Below are positions 28,557 through 36,329 of a stretch of DNA of 64,000 nt, in pieces. The translations under genes were made by a program, and so were the position numbers. Within the stretch, counting starts at the first letter, position 1. Each line of letters begins with the position of its first letter. The DNA is taken from the IMG/VR virus record IMGVR_UViG_3300027896_005002, positions 187,488 through 251,487 of that record; one strand, written 5' to 3'. The notes below the pieces were generated by a model. The model searched no databases and was not told the origin of the DNA. It saw only the letters and a program-made list of their open reading frames with translations. Origin of the DNA: a virus.

Positions 28557-28954
28557 TTATTTACCTTTCTTAAATCATTCATTGGAAACTCTTTATAACA
28601 AATGCTATTAGTATCTTTATCTTTATATTGTACTGTGCAACAATTTTTTGCTGTCATTGATACAATTCTACCACAAGATTCTTTACTAATAATTTCTATA
28701 ATATCATTAATTTCTAATTTTTCGTCATCATTTATCTTTGATTCATATAAATCAATAGCAATATTTTCATGTTGTTTTGCTATATATTTAACCGTTTCAT
28801 TCGGTGCAAAAAATATTGGATCGCTACAATTATATTTGCTAGCTTCTCTTACGCTATTTTTTTTATATAATGTTCTCTTCAGGAAAAATAGTCCTGAAAT
28901 AGGAACATTATGAAAGGTTATTCTTTTAGATGGAATCGCAGTTATCCTGCGCAT
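28553..28954 (-). CDS. Hypothetical protein, 133 aa
   Basis: ORF with ATGA overlap to the M15 gene. Confidence 0.4.
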   Translation of the reverse strand: MRRITAIPSKRITFHNVPISGLFFLKRTLYKKNSVREASKYNCSDPIFFAPNETVKYIAKQHENIAIDLYESKINDDEKLEINDIIEIISKESCGRIVSMTAKNCCTVQYKDKDTNSICYKEFPMNDLRKVNK

Positions 28955-28982
28955 AATACCTCTGAATTTTTATTTTAATCTT

Positions 28983-29133
28983 AAAATCTATAACCTTTAT
29001 TAAGCAAATCTTCAATTTCTTCTTCCTCTTTTGCTCTATCTAAAATTCGTTTTGCACGTTCTGATGTCAACATCCTTTTACTTTTACGATGTTTTTTCAA
29101 ATATTTCTTTTGCTCTTTTATAGATAAATCATG
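28983..29133 (-). pseudogene. Degenerate copy of the shared leader module: ...IQGEFIKEARS(TGA)HDLSIKEQKKYLKKHRKSKRMLTSERAKRILDRAKEEEEIEDLLNKGYRF, fused in frame to the upstream ORF and interrupted by TGA at the conserved Trp position
   Basis: Translation of the minus strand 29184-28983 reproduces the leader consensus except for TGG to TGA at the invariant W; no Met start of its own. Confidence 0.55.
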
Positions 29134-29544
29134 TCAACTTCGTGCTTCTTTAATAAATTCACCTTGAATAGTAGCAAAATGTTTTGCAATCTTTTTTACA
29201 TTTTCTATTGGCACATTATCTTTTCCAGAACCATCATCATATTTTATATTCACTGTTTGTCGGTCTAAATTCACAATGTTTCCAGGTTTTCCTTCGTGTT
29301 CAACCTTGTCACCCATCATAGCAATATTGCCGTCATTATATAATAAACGTTTTCTTTGATTTATAAATTCACCGTCAGCTTGTTTTTTTATATCCATTGT
29401 TAACTCTATATTTGGTTTTGACACTTCAGCACTTAGAGATATTTTCTGAACGCCTCCAAGTTGTTGACCGTCAACAAAGACTTTGGTTCTTGCAGTTCTA
29501 CCATCAGTTTCAATTACGAGTTTTTTGTAGTTCATATTAATCAC
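29134..29544 (-). CDS. Leader-family-associated protein, 136 aa, ending in the leader motif (KHFATIQGEFIKEARS); KOW/DUF2945-like GDKVEHEGKPGNIVNL segment
   Basis: C-terminus is the first half of the leader consensus; reads into the pseudogene above. Confidence 0.45.
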   Translation of the reverse strand: MINMNYKKLVIETDGRTARTKVFVDGQQLGGVQKISLSAEVSKPNIELTMDIKKQADGEFINQRKRLLYNDGNIAMMGDKVEHEGKPGNIVNLDRQTVNIKYDDGSGKDNVPIENVKKIAKHFATIQGEFIKEARS

Positions 29545-29959
29545 TCAAATTTTTTATTTTTTTCATCATATCTGTTTTACTTAATAATCTATTACTTTCT
29601 TTACTGTCATCTTCATTTGAATCTTCATGTGATTTAAAAAACAAATATTTTTCAGTATTAAAAACAAATTCTATAAAATACCATTTTCCTTTTATTTTAA
29701 GCCTAACACCATGATCACTTGATTTAACATTTGTAATATTTGGAATATTGGATAATTCTGTAGCTATTTTCTCAGCTTTAATTGTATTAGTGACTTTCCT
29801 TTTATGATATGCTTGATTTTCTGTTAAAACTTTACCAGTCAATCGTCTTTTTGACTTTGGATGTTTTTTCAAATATTTTCTTTGTTCATCAAAAGACAAA
29901 TCATTCCATTTTCTTGCTTCTTTAATAAATTCAGATTGAATTGCAGCTAAATGTTGCAT
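29537..29959 (-). CDS. Leader-family protein (140 aa)
   Basis: N-terminal MQHLAAIQSEFIKEARKWNDLSFDEQRKYLKKHPKSKRRLTG. Confidence 0.55.
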   Translation of the reverse strand: MQHLAAIQSEFIKEARKWNDLSFDEQRKYLKKHPKSKRRLTGKVLTENQAYHKRKVTNTIKAEKIATELSNIPNITNVKSSDHGVRLKIKGKWYFIEFVFNTEKYLFFKSHEDSNEDDSKESNRLLSKTDMMKKIKNLSD

Positions 29960-30313
29960 TCATTCCTCTATCTGTTCAGGTGTAACTTCCCTTAAACCAT
30001 CATCACCTTTATCTCTATATTTCTTATCAACTCTTACCATAATAACACCGTGTTCTTCTTCAACATCAACAATTTTTCCAGCTTCTGCAGGCCATCCTTC
30101 TTTTTTATTTGCTTTGAGACGAACTTTCTGACCCTTTTCAAAATCAGGCATACTTGTACGACCACTACCACCGCCTCGGCCAAAAAAGTTCGTCAATTGT
30201 CTCTTACTTTTAGGATGTCGTCTTAAATAAGCTTTTTGCTGTTTTAAAGACAATTTTTCCCATTTACGAGCTTCTTTAATAAATTCAGATTGAATTTGAG
30301 CTATGTGTTTCAT
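29960..30313 (-). CDS. Leader-family protein (117 aa) with C-terminal KOW/DUF2945 (Tudor-like) domain
   Basis: N-terminal MKHIAQIQSEFIKEARKWEKLSLKQQKAYLRRHPKSKRQL; C-terminal GQKVRLKANKKEGWPAEAGKIVDVEEEHGVIMVRVD; TAGGAAATACAAT SD; ATGA overlap with the next gene. Confidence 0.55.
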   Translation of the reverse strand: MKHIAQIQSEFIKEARKWEKLSLKQQKAYLRRHPKSKRQLTNFFGRGGGSGRTSMPDFEKGQKVRLKANKKEGWPAEAGKIVDVEEEHGVIMVRVDKKYRDKGDDGLREVTPEQIEE

Positions 30314-32259
30314 ATTGTATTTCCTAACGAAACATCAGAAGGTTGTTCTTCAGGGAAAATATTTGAATTAAATTGATTTGCTTGTGTCAAAAACTGATTT
30401 GCATCAGATGCTGACCGATCCATAACTTTCTTAAGTTCATCTTTAAATGCTATTTTATTGACAATGTTAGGTTCTAAAGCCTCAACTAATTTATTAACTG
30501 ATCCCCAAGCAACAGTACCTACACGGCGAACAGTGCCAATATCTGTAGCATATTTCAATGCGACATCAGTTATTTGCTTTACTATTCCAGCATTAATACG
30601 TTTATGCTCATGATTTGAATTAATAAAAGCCTTGATCATTGTTGAATTGCCGTCTTCAGCAACTTTAAGCTCTAATTTATTCAATTCAAACTCATTGGCG
30701 ATCTTTTTGACTTTTGCATATTTTACAAATTGCAGAGCTTGTTTTCTGCCATCAAGTGATGCAGATTTTACAATCTTTAGTCCAGTAGTAGGACACAGGC
30801 CAGTTGAATTATCCTCAAGTTTACAAATATTACCTGCTTTAATTTGGAATAATGTATTTACTTTCCTGGATATTGTATCATAAGCTCTCTTTAATTCACT
30901 AGTATTAGCATATAAACTAGAATCTATATATGTTAATCCTAACAATTGAGCTTCTTTATCAGCAGCTAATTTTTCAATTGCACTTTTTGCTACTTTATCT
31001 CCATACATCTTTGTGACTGATGTTCTAATTTCATCAATCGGTGCATGCCCAGATTTCAAAGAGTATGCTAATTTAATAGCACTTGCGAGTTTAGCTTCTT
31101 CAACTGTTACAGCCATTTCTGCTTTCTTATTCTCAATTTTATTAGAAGTTTCTTTTGAAGCAAGTCGGCTTAAAATAGTTGCATTAGCTTTATTAACAAA
31201 ATTCAAATATTTTACAATATCGGTTTTTGCTTCTTTAAAATAAGCATCAACTCTTTCTTTACCATATCTTTTTGATATTTCAGCTTTTGCCGTTCTAATT
31301 GAGCTATTTGTCAGTAAAAATTGTTTGAAAGCATTTCCAACATCTAAATCAACTTTACCAAGTTTCTGAATTGGTTCTTCAACTTTGCTAACTTTTATGG
31401 GTTCATTGTTTTGTAGTCTTTCATTATGATTAGATGCTGATACTCTATTTTCAATGTTTTCTTTTATCTTACCCATGCAAGCTTCTTTTAGGCTTGTCAT
31501 ACTTGCAGTTCTTTTATCATTTAAATCTGATAAAAAGCTATTAAGAACAGTTTCAGGATTTTCATTTGCAAGTCTACTATAATATTTTGATAAATCACTT
31601 GATTTTACAAGATATGAATTAACATATTTTAATGTAGCAAATTTTTTAATAACAGCAGTTGCTTCTGCAGCAGTTTTGATTTGAGGATTTTCAGTAATAC
31701 TTAAATTAAGTTTTAAACAATGTGATTTCTTATTAAAATTGCAATCATCACATTTACTTATTTTTTTAATATATTTAACTGCGATACTTGCTACTTTATT
31801 ATTTGTTTTTTGAATTATAGATAGATCATTACAATTATCTGCTAAGGATGCATCTAAATAGATATAACCTAATTTACCAAATTCTTTTTCCAAAGACGCT
31901 GTTTTTTGTTCGAAGAATGATGAAAGTTCATTTTTACTATATCGTTGTTTAAGAACTGTTGCCATCTTTTCAATACTTAATCCAGACATTAACAGTTTTC
32001 TGGCCTGTGTTTCAATACTATCCGTCGATGCTTTTGGAATAATTTGACTTATTTTTCTGGTAGAATCATCTAACATTATTGGTTGATCTTGAAAATTCTT
32101 TTTATTCCAAGTCGACGACGTTCCTGCATATTTAACAGGCTTGTGTTCGACGACCTGATCATCTTTTAAGTCACCACTATTACTGAACTCATCAGATGCA
32201 AGTTTATCCAACCATGATGACATTGGTTGGTGCTGGTCGTCAAATACTTGTTTTTTCAT
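30310..32259 (-). CDS. Large hypothetical protein, 649 aa (possible virion / internal head protein)
   Basis: Long ORF immediately upstream of and translationally coupled to the leader-family genes; no catalytic motif recognised. Confidence 0.5.
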   Translation of the reverse strand: MKKQVFDDQHQPMSSWLDKLASDEFSNSGDLKDDQVVEHKPVKYAGTSSTWNKKNFQDQPIMLDDSTRKISQIIPKASTDSIETQARKLLMSGLSIEKMATVLKQRYSKNELSSFFEQKTASLEKEFGKLGYIYLDASLADNCNDLSIIQKTNNKVASIAVKYIKKISKCDDCNFNKKSHCLKLNLSITENPQIKTAAEATAVIKKFATLKYVNSYLVKSSDLSKYYSRLANENPETVLNSFLSDLNDKRTASMTSLKEACMGKIKENIENRVSASNHNERLQNNEPIKVSKVEEPIQKLGKVDLDVGNAFKQFLLTNSSIRTAKAEISKRYGKERVDAYFKEAKTDIVKYLNFVNKANATILSRLASKETSNKIENKKAEMAVTVEEAKLASAIKLAYSLKSGHAPIDEIRTSVTKMYGDKVAKSAIEKLAADKEAQLLGLTYIDSSLYANTSELKRAYDTISRKVNTLFQIKAGNICKLEDNSTGLCPTTGLKIVKSASLDGRKQALQFVKYAKVKKIANEFELNKLELKVAEDGNSTMIKAFINSNHEHKRINAGIVKQITDVALKYATDIGTVRRVGTVAWGSVNKLVEALEPNIVNKIAFKDELKKVMDRSASDANQFLTQANQFNSNIFPEEQPSDVSLGNTI

Positions 32260-32310
32260 AATTCTTCCTTTAAATTCTAAAAAATACCTATTGGAAAAAG
32301 GAATATCTAT

Positions 32311-32745
32311 TTATTTTACTGGCGCTTCATTAAATATTCTTACAACAGATTTTTTATCTTCTGAAATTTTCCAAAAATCTTTTGTTGCTGAATTTTGATA
32401 AAGATCAACTTTACCAGCAACTTTGACGAAGGAACCAGTACGTCTTGCTTGTCTCATTTCAAACAATGACATTGTTGTCTTTTCAGTACTTGCTGTTTTG
32501 ACTTCTGGTTTTTTCTCTTCAACATTGGCTGTCTTAACTTCAGGTTTCTTTTCCTCAACACTTGCAGTTTTCTTAACTTCAGTTTCAGGTTTCTTTTCCT
32601 CAACACTTGCCGTCTTATTCATTCCGGCAGTTTTTTCCGTAGCCTGTTCTTCTTTTTCTACAATTGAATCAAGAAAACTGGAATTACCTTGACGTCTTGA
32701 CGTAATCATAATTAACTCCTTATCCTTTAACAATGTTTGAAACAA
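32311..32745 (-). CDS. Tandem-repeat protein (3x KTASVEEKKPEVK) with C-terminal TKDFWKI domain
   Basis: About 39-bp DNA repeats 32466-32600; shares its C-terminal motif with the 32720-32980 paralog. Confidence 0.45.
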   Translation of the reverse strand: MFQTLLKDKELIMITSRRQGNSSFLDSIVEKEEQATEKTAGMNKTASVEEKKPETEVKKTASVEEKKPEVKTANVEEKKPEVKTASTEKTTMSLFEMRQARRTGSFVKVAGKVDLYQNSATKDFWKISEDKKSVVRIFNEAPVK

Positions 32746-32980
32746 TTCTAACTATTTTTCCTTGTTTAGCTATCCAAAAATCTTTAGTTTCATCATTTTG
32801 ATGCATTTCTAAATCTGCCTGTTGATTTATTCTTCCAGGCACAAATGATGCAATTTTTTCAATATTAGATTCAGGAACATCAATCATTCTAGACAGAAAC
32901 ATTCCTGGCATATCTTCAGATATGTTTGCATCCTTTAACAAATATGAATGTTCTTCTGCAATTCTATCTATTATTGACAT
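32720..32980 (-). CDS. Paralog of the 32311-32745 C-terminal domain (ETKDFWIAKQGKIVRIV)
   Basis: Shared KDFW...VRI motif. Confidence 0.4.
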   Translation of the reverse strand: MSIIDRIAEEHSYLLKDANISEDMPGMFLSRMIDVPESNIEKIASFVPGRINQQADLEMHQNDETKDFWIAKQGKIVRIVSNIVKG

Positions 32981-32987
32981 GATATCC

Positions 32988-33539
32988 TTACTTTATTTTA
33001 ATTTTATTTTCATCTTCTTCAGGTTTTTTCGGTTCAACCTTTTTAGGTATTTCTTTCTTTTCTTCTTTCTTTGGTTCTTCTTTTGGTGGCTGTTTTACTG
33101 GTGGTTTTTGTGGTTGTTGTTGAACCTGAGGTTGTGGTTTCTTAATATCTGCTTCTTTGTCCCCTTTTTCTTCATCTTCATCATTATAAAATTCTTTAGA
33201 AGCATCATTAAAGCCTTGAACATCCTGCATGACTTGCTGTGCCAAATTCAACGGTCTGTTCTTCAGAATTGTCTTCTTGTCATTAAATTCAAATTGACCT
33301 AATGAATTAGACACGTTTTGAATTGAATCACTAAATCTGACCGCATAAAGATCCAAAGCATTTTTAGCATTTTCAAATTGATCTTTAGTGATCTTTTCAT
33401 CTTCAATCGCATTTGCCAGTTCCTCTAATATAAGATCATCTCGATATCCGGCAACGATTGCTTCGATAATTGCTTCAACCACATTTCCATCTTTTAGGTT
33501 TAAAACTGACATATTTATCCTCCTATGTAATTTTATCAA
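32988..33539 (-). CDS. Hypothetical protein with Lys/Pro/Glu-rich low-complexity tail
   Basis: KKPQPQVQQQPQKPPVKQPPKEEPKKEEKKEIPKKVEPKKPEE. Confidence 0.45.
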   Translation of the reverse strand: MIKLHRRINMSVLNLKDGNVVEAIIEAIVAGYRDDLILEELANAIEDEKITKDQFENAKNALDLYAVRFSDSIQNVSNSLGQFEFNDKKTILKNRPLNLAQQVMQDVQGFNDASKEFYNDEDEEKGDKEADIKKPQPQVQQQPQKPPVKQPPKEEPKKEEKKEIPKKVEPKKPEEDENKIKIK

Positions 33540-33587
33540 TGTACTTACTAATACATTGATAGATTAATTAATAAAACAAATATTTAA

Positions 33588-34502
33588 TTATCTCTTGAAA
33601 AAATTGCGGAGGGACTTAAATTTAGTCCTATTGAACTGAATCTTTTTGTGAGGCTTCTTACCAGTAGATAATCTTTTAATTTTAAGTTTCTTAAGTCGCT
33701 TCTTCTTTGGAGTCTTTAATACAATTACTTGATCTTTATCAAGTTCAACATAATTATCAACTTCATTTACAGCTTTCATCTTTGTTTGCGAACAATATAA
33801 TGATTTTTGTTTTGTCAAATTATCAAATATCTTATAATACTCTAAAGCTTTCTCATCATTTTTAGATTTCTTCTTTAATTTCTTTAATCCTTGCTTCAAT
33901 CTGGCAGAAACAGCTGATTGCGAAATACCCAATTCTTTTGATACAACTCTTTGATTATGTTTAAAAAAATACAACATCATTGCTTCAAGTTGCCTCTTAG
34001 ACATATGTCTTAAAAGACATTCTCTCATATCGTCAACATTAATTTTTCTATTTTGATAAAAGTGAAGTATTCTTCTGATTGCACGCTTTTTATAATAATT
34101 AACCATTTCCTGAGAAAGACCTAATATTACACCAATATCTTCTTGAATCTTACTATGATCAAATATCAATACCATTATATCGCGCTCAAAATCAGGCAAC
34201 AAATTGTGAATAATAAATCTTATCTCAACTAACTTTTCTTCTTCATCATCAGTATAAAAACCTTGGGAACGAGTAGTAGCATTTTCAGACGAAGAAAAAA
34301 ATGTCGATAATGAACTATTATCAACATTAATTTCTTTTTTGAATCCGGCAGATTTAAAAAGTGACTTTACATAATTATTTCGTGTCTTAATAGTATTAAC
34401 ATCAGGTATACAATCATTAAAAGCATCAAATATTGCATCTGATGCTGACGTTACATCTTTTAGCAAATCTTGTGGCAGGTCATCAAAGAATTTTTGGTTC
34501 AT
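33588..34502 (-). CDS. Sigma-70 region-4-like HTH protein (two tandem region-4-like helix-turn-helix units), putative phage sigma factor / transcription regulator
   Basis: ERDIMVLIFDHSKIQEDIGVILGLSQEMVNYYKKRAIRRI and RQLEAMMLYFFKHNQRVVSKELGISQSAVSARLKQGLKKL both match the ECF/sigma-70 region 4 pattern. Confidence 0.45.
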   Translation of the reverse strand: MNQKFFDDLPQDLLKDVTSASDAIFDAFNDCIPDVNTIKTRNNYVKSLFKSAGFKKEINVDNSSLSTFFSSSENATTRSQGFYTDDEEEKLVEIRFIIHNLLPDFERDIMVLIFDHSKIQEDIGVILGLSQEMVNYYKKRAIRRILHFYQNRKINVDDMRECLLRHMSKRQLEAMMLYFFKHNQRVVSKELGISQSAVSARLKQGLKKLKKKSKNDEKALEYYKIFDNLTKQKSLYCSQTKMKAVNEVDNYVELDKDQVIVLKTPKKKRLKKLKIKRLSTGKKPHKKIQFNRTKFKSLRNFFKR

Positions 34503-34510
34503 GATGTATA

Positions 34511-34672
34511 TTACACATTAGTCCCATTCACTTCGTTAACTAAGTCTTGTTCTTTACTGGCACAATCATCACAATACAATTGACCATTTTTCTTGACCTT
34601 TGCATCATTACCACAAATACAACATTTACTTAATACATTCATTGGCTGTGGTGATCCAACTTTGGTAAACAT
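34511..34672 (-). CDS. Unlisted Cys4 zinc-ribbon mini-ORF, 53 aa (MFTKVGSPQPMNVLSKCCICGNDAKVKKNGQLYCDDCASKEQ...)
   Basis: TAAATG stop/start junction with the ligase gene; CxxC...CxxC. Confidence 0.35.
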   Translation of the reverse strand: MFTKVGSPQPMNVLSKCCICGNDAKVKKNGQLYCDDCASKEQDLVNEVNGTNV

Positions 34673-35590
34673 TTAGTCCTCCCAAACACACGATTCAGGT
34701 AACTTATCCGGTCTCAGATAGTCAAACTGCGGGTTTTTATAACTATTTGTTGTCTTACTATCTGAGCGAAATTGAATAACTTTACCCATATATAAATTCA
34801 TATTTGACCGAAAATCATCTGCCTGTTCTCTAGTAAGTCCACTAACATTTGCCACAGGCACTAACGTTCTTTTCCTATATTGAGCAACTCTAATTGATGA
34901 CACAAAATCATCAGGATATTTTTCATCTAACTTAAAACCAACAATTACTGCATCATATGTCTCAAAACTTTTTAATTTTCTCCAAAATTTCGACTTTAAA
35001 AACTGATAATCTGATTCATCAAATTTAAATAATACACCTTTTTCTTCGCTTCTTGATTCTAAAATCTTTTTCCAAAACAGTCGCTTGTCATTATTATTTA
35101 TTATAACCTTTATCAACTCAATGTTAAAAGTTGACTGAACAATTTTTTCTAACTGCTGTCGTCGATATAACAATGTCTTTTCTACTAATGACTTATTTCC
35201 CAAATAGATAATATCAAATATAACATATTTCAAAAAACCATACTGTTCTTGTAACCTAACGGCGTCATCAATGTCTGAATTGATTATCTGAAAAGTTTGT
35301 GATACAGGTCTTCCTGGTAAATAAACTTCACCATCGAGTAATGTACCATTTGGCAAACCCATTTTCTTCAAATCATTATATATTTTAAAAAACTTATATT
35401 TGAAATCATTAATATTCTCTTTTCCATCCCTTGCATATCGACCGGCAAAAGATACATCATCAACAATCAAACTTTGAATCCTGCGACCATTAATCTTTTG
35501 TTCTAATGTCCAACTTGAATCATCAAAATACATGTCAGACTTACTTATCTGAATCGTTTTTGGATCCATTAATCGAACAAAATCAATCAT
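34673..35590 (-). CDS. Minimal ATP-dependent DNA ligase (nucleotidyltransferase superfamily, T7/PBCV-1-ligase size)
   Basis: Motif I EQKINGRR (KxDG variant), motif III LLDGEVY, motif IV YVIFDIIYL, motif V KGVLFKFDESDY. Confidence 0.65.
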   Translation of the reverse strand: MIDFVRLMDPKTIQISKSDMYFDDSSWTLEQKINGRRIQSLIVDDVSFAGRYARDGKENINDFKYKFFKIYNDLKKMGLPNGTLLDGEVYLPGRPVSQTFQIINSDIDDAVRLQEQYGFLKYVIFDIIYLGNKSLVEKTLLYRRQQLEKIVQSTFNIELIKVIINNNDKRLFWKKILESRSEEKGVLFKFDESDYQFLKSKFWRKLKSFETYDAVIVGFKLDEKYPDDFVSSIRVAQYRKRTLVPVANVSGLTREQADDFRSNMNLYMGKVIQFRSDSKTTNSYKNPQFDYLRPDKLPESCVWED

Positions 35591-35613
35591 AATTTTCAGA
35601 ATTGAATTCTAAT

Positions 35614-36315
35614 TTATTTATTGTCTGTTTTAATTTCTATTTGTTTCAAATTCACATCTGACAAATTCTTCTTGAAATCATCTAAAAAAACGGTCATATC
35701 TTCAGGTAATGCTTTTTTCGTAACTGCAGCTTTAGCTTTTCGAACTAACCTATCAGTTCCTGACAATATTTTTTCTAACTCATCAATTTTGTCTTTTGTT
35801 TGCTTCATTATTGCAAGAAGATCTTCATTTACTTTCTTCAATTCTTTTAACTTTTCATCATAATCAGATTCCATATGAAAAGTTATTGAACTGTCAACTG
35901 TACTGCGATCAAATTCTTTGTTACTAATTACTAATGCAACAATAATTTTATTCTCTTTACTTTGATGTTCTGGATTCATTGATAGCACAACTCTGTGTCG
36001 ACCTGTTCGAACTGAAGTAGGTAAATCATTTCCCTCCATGATTTCAAAATCAACTGCCGCATTCAAACCCATATCTTTTAAAGTTTTTGACATTAATGAA
36101 ATTTTACCGCCAAACATAACTTTTACAAATTCCTTTTTGTATTGTTCAATATCATCATCACTCTTTTTTGCTTCTTCTTTTGTCGCTTCCAATTTTGCTT
36201 TTAAATTGTTAACCTGATCTTCAATGTTTTGTTCTTGTTCTGATACCAAAACATCAATAACATCTCGAGCATCAAACTTTAATTCCAAATCGGGTTTTAC
36301 CTTCAATTCATTCAT
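35614..36315 (-). CDS. Hypothetical coiled-coil protein, 233 aa
   Basis: ORF between the SbcC and ligase genes. Confidence 0.45.
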   Translation of the reverse strand: MNELKVKPDLELKFDARDVIDVLVSEQEQNIEDQVNNLKAKLEATKEEAKKSDDDIEQYKKEFVKVMFGGKISLMSKTLKDMGLNAAVDFEIMEGNDLPTSVRTGRHRVVLSMNPEHQSKENKIIVALVISNKEFDRSTVDSSITFHMESDYDEKLKELKKVNEDLLAIMKQTKDKIDELEKILSGTDRLVRKAKAAVTKKALPEDMTVFLDDFKKNLSDVNLKQIEIKTDNK

Positions 36316-36329
36316 AAAATACCTCTCAG

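Noticed and set aside
28983-29133. TGA read as tryptophan (genetic-code reassignment) at the conserved Trp of the leader copy
   Set aside because: Only one such case was seen. Other family members use TGG and many ORFs plainly terminate with TGA (for example the 42561-42701 ORF), so a nonsense mutation or pseudogene is the simpler reading.
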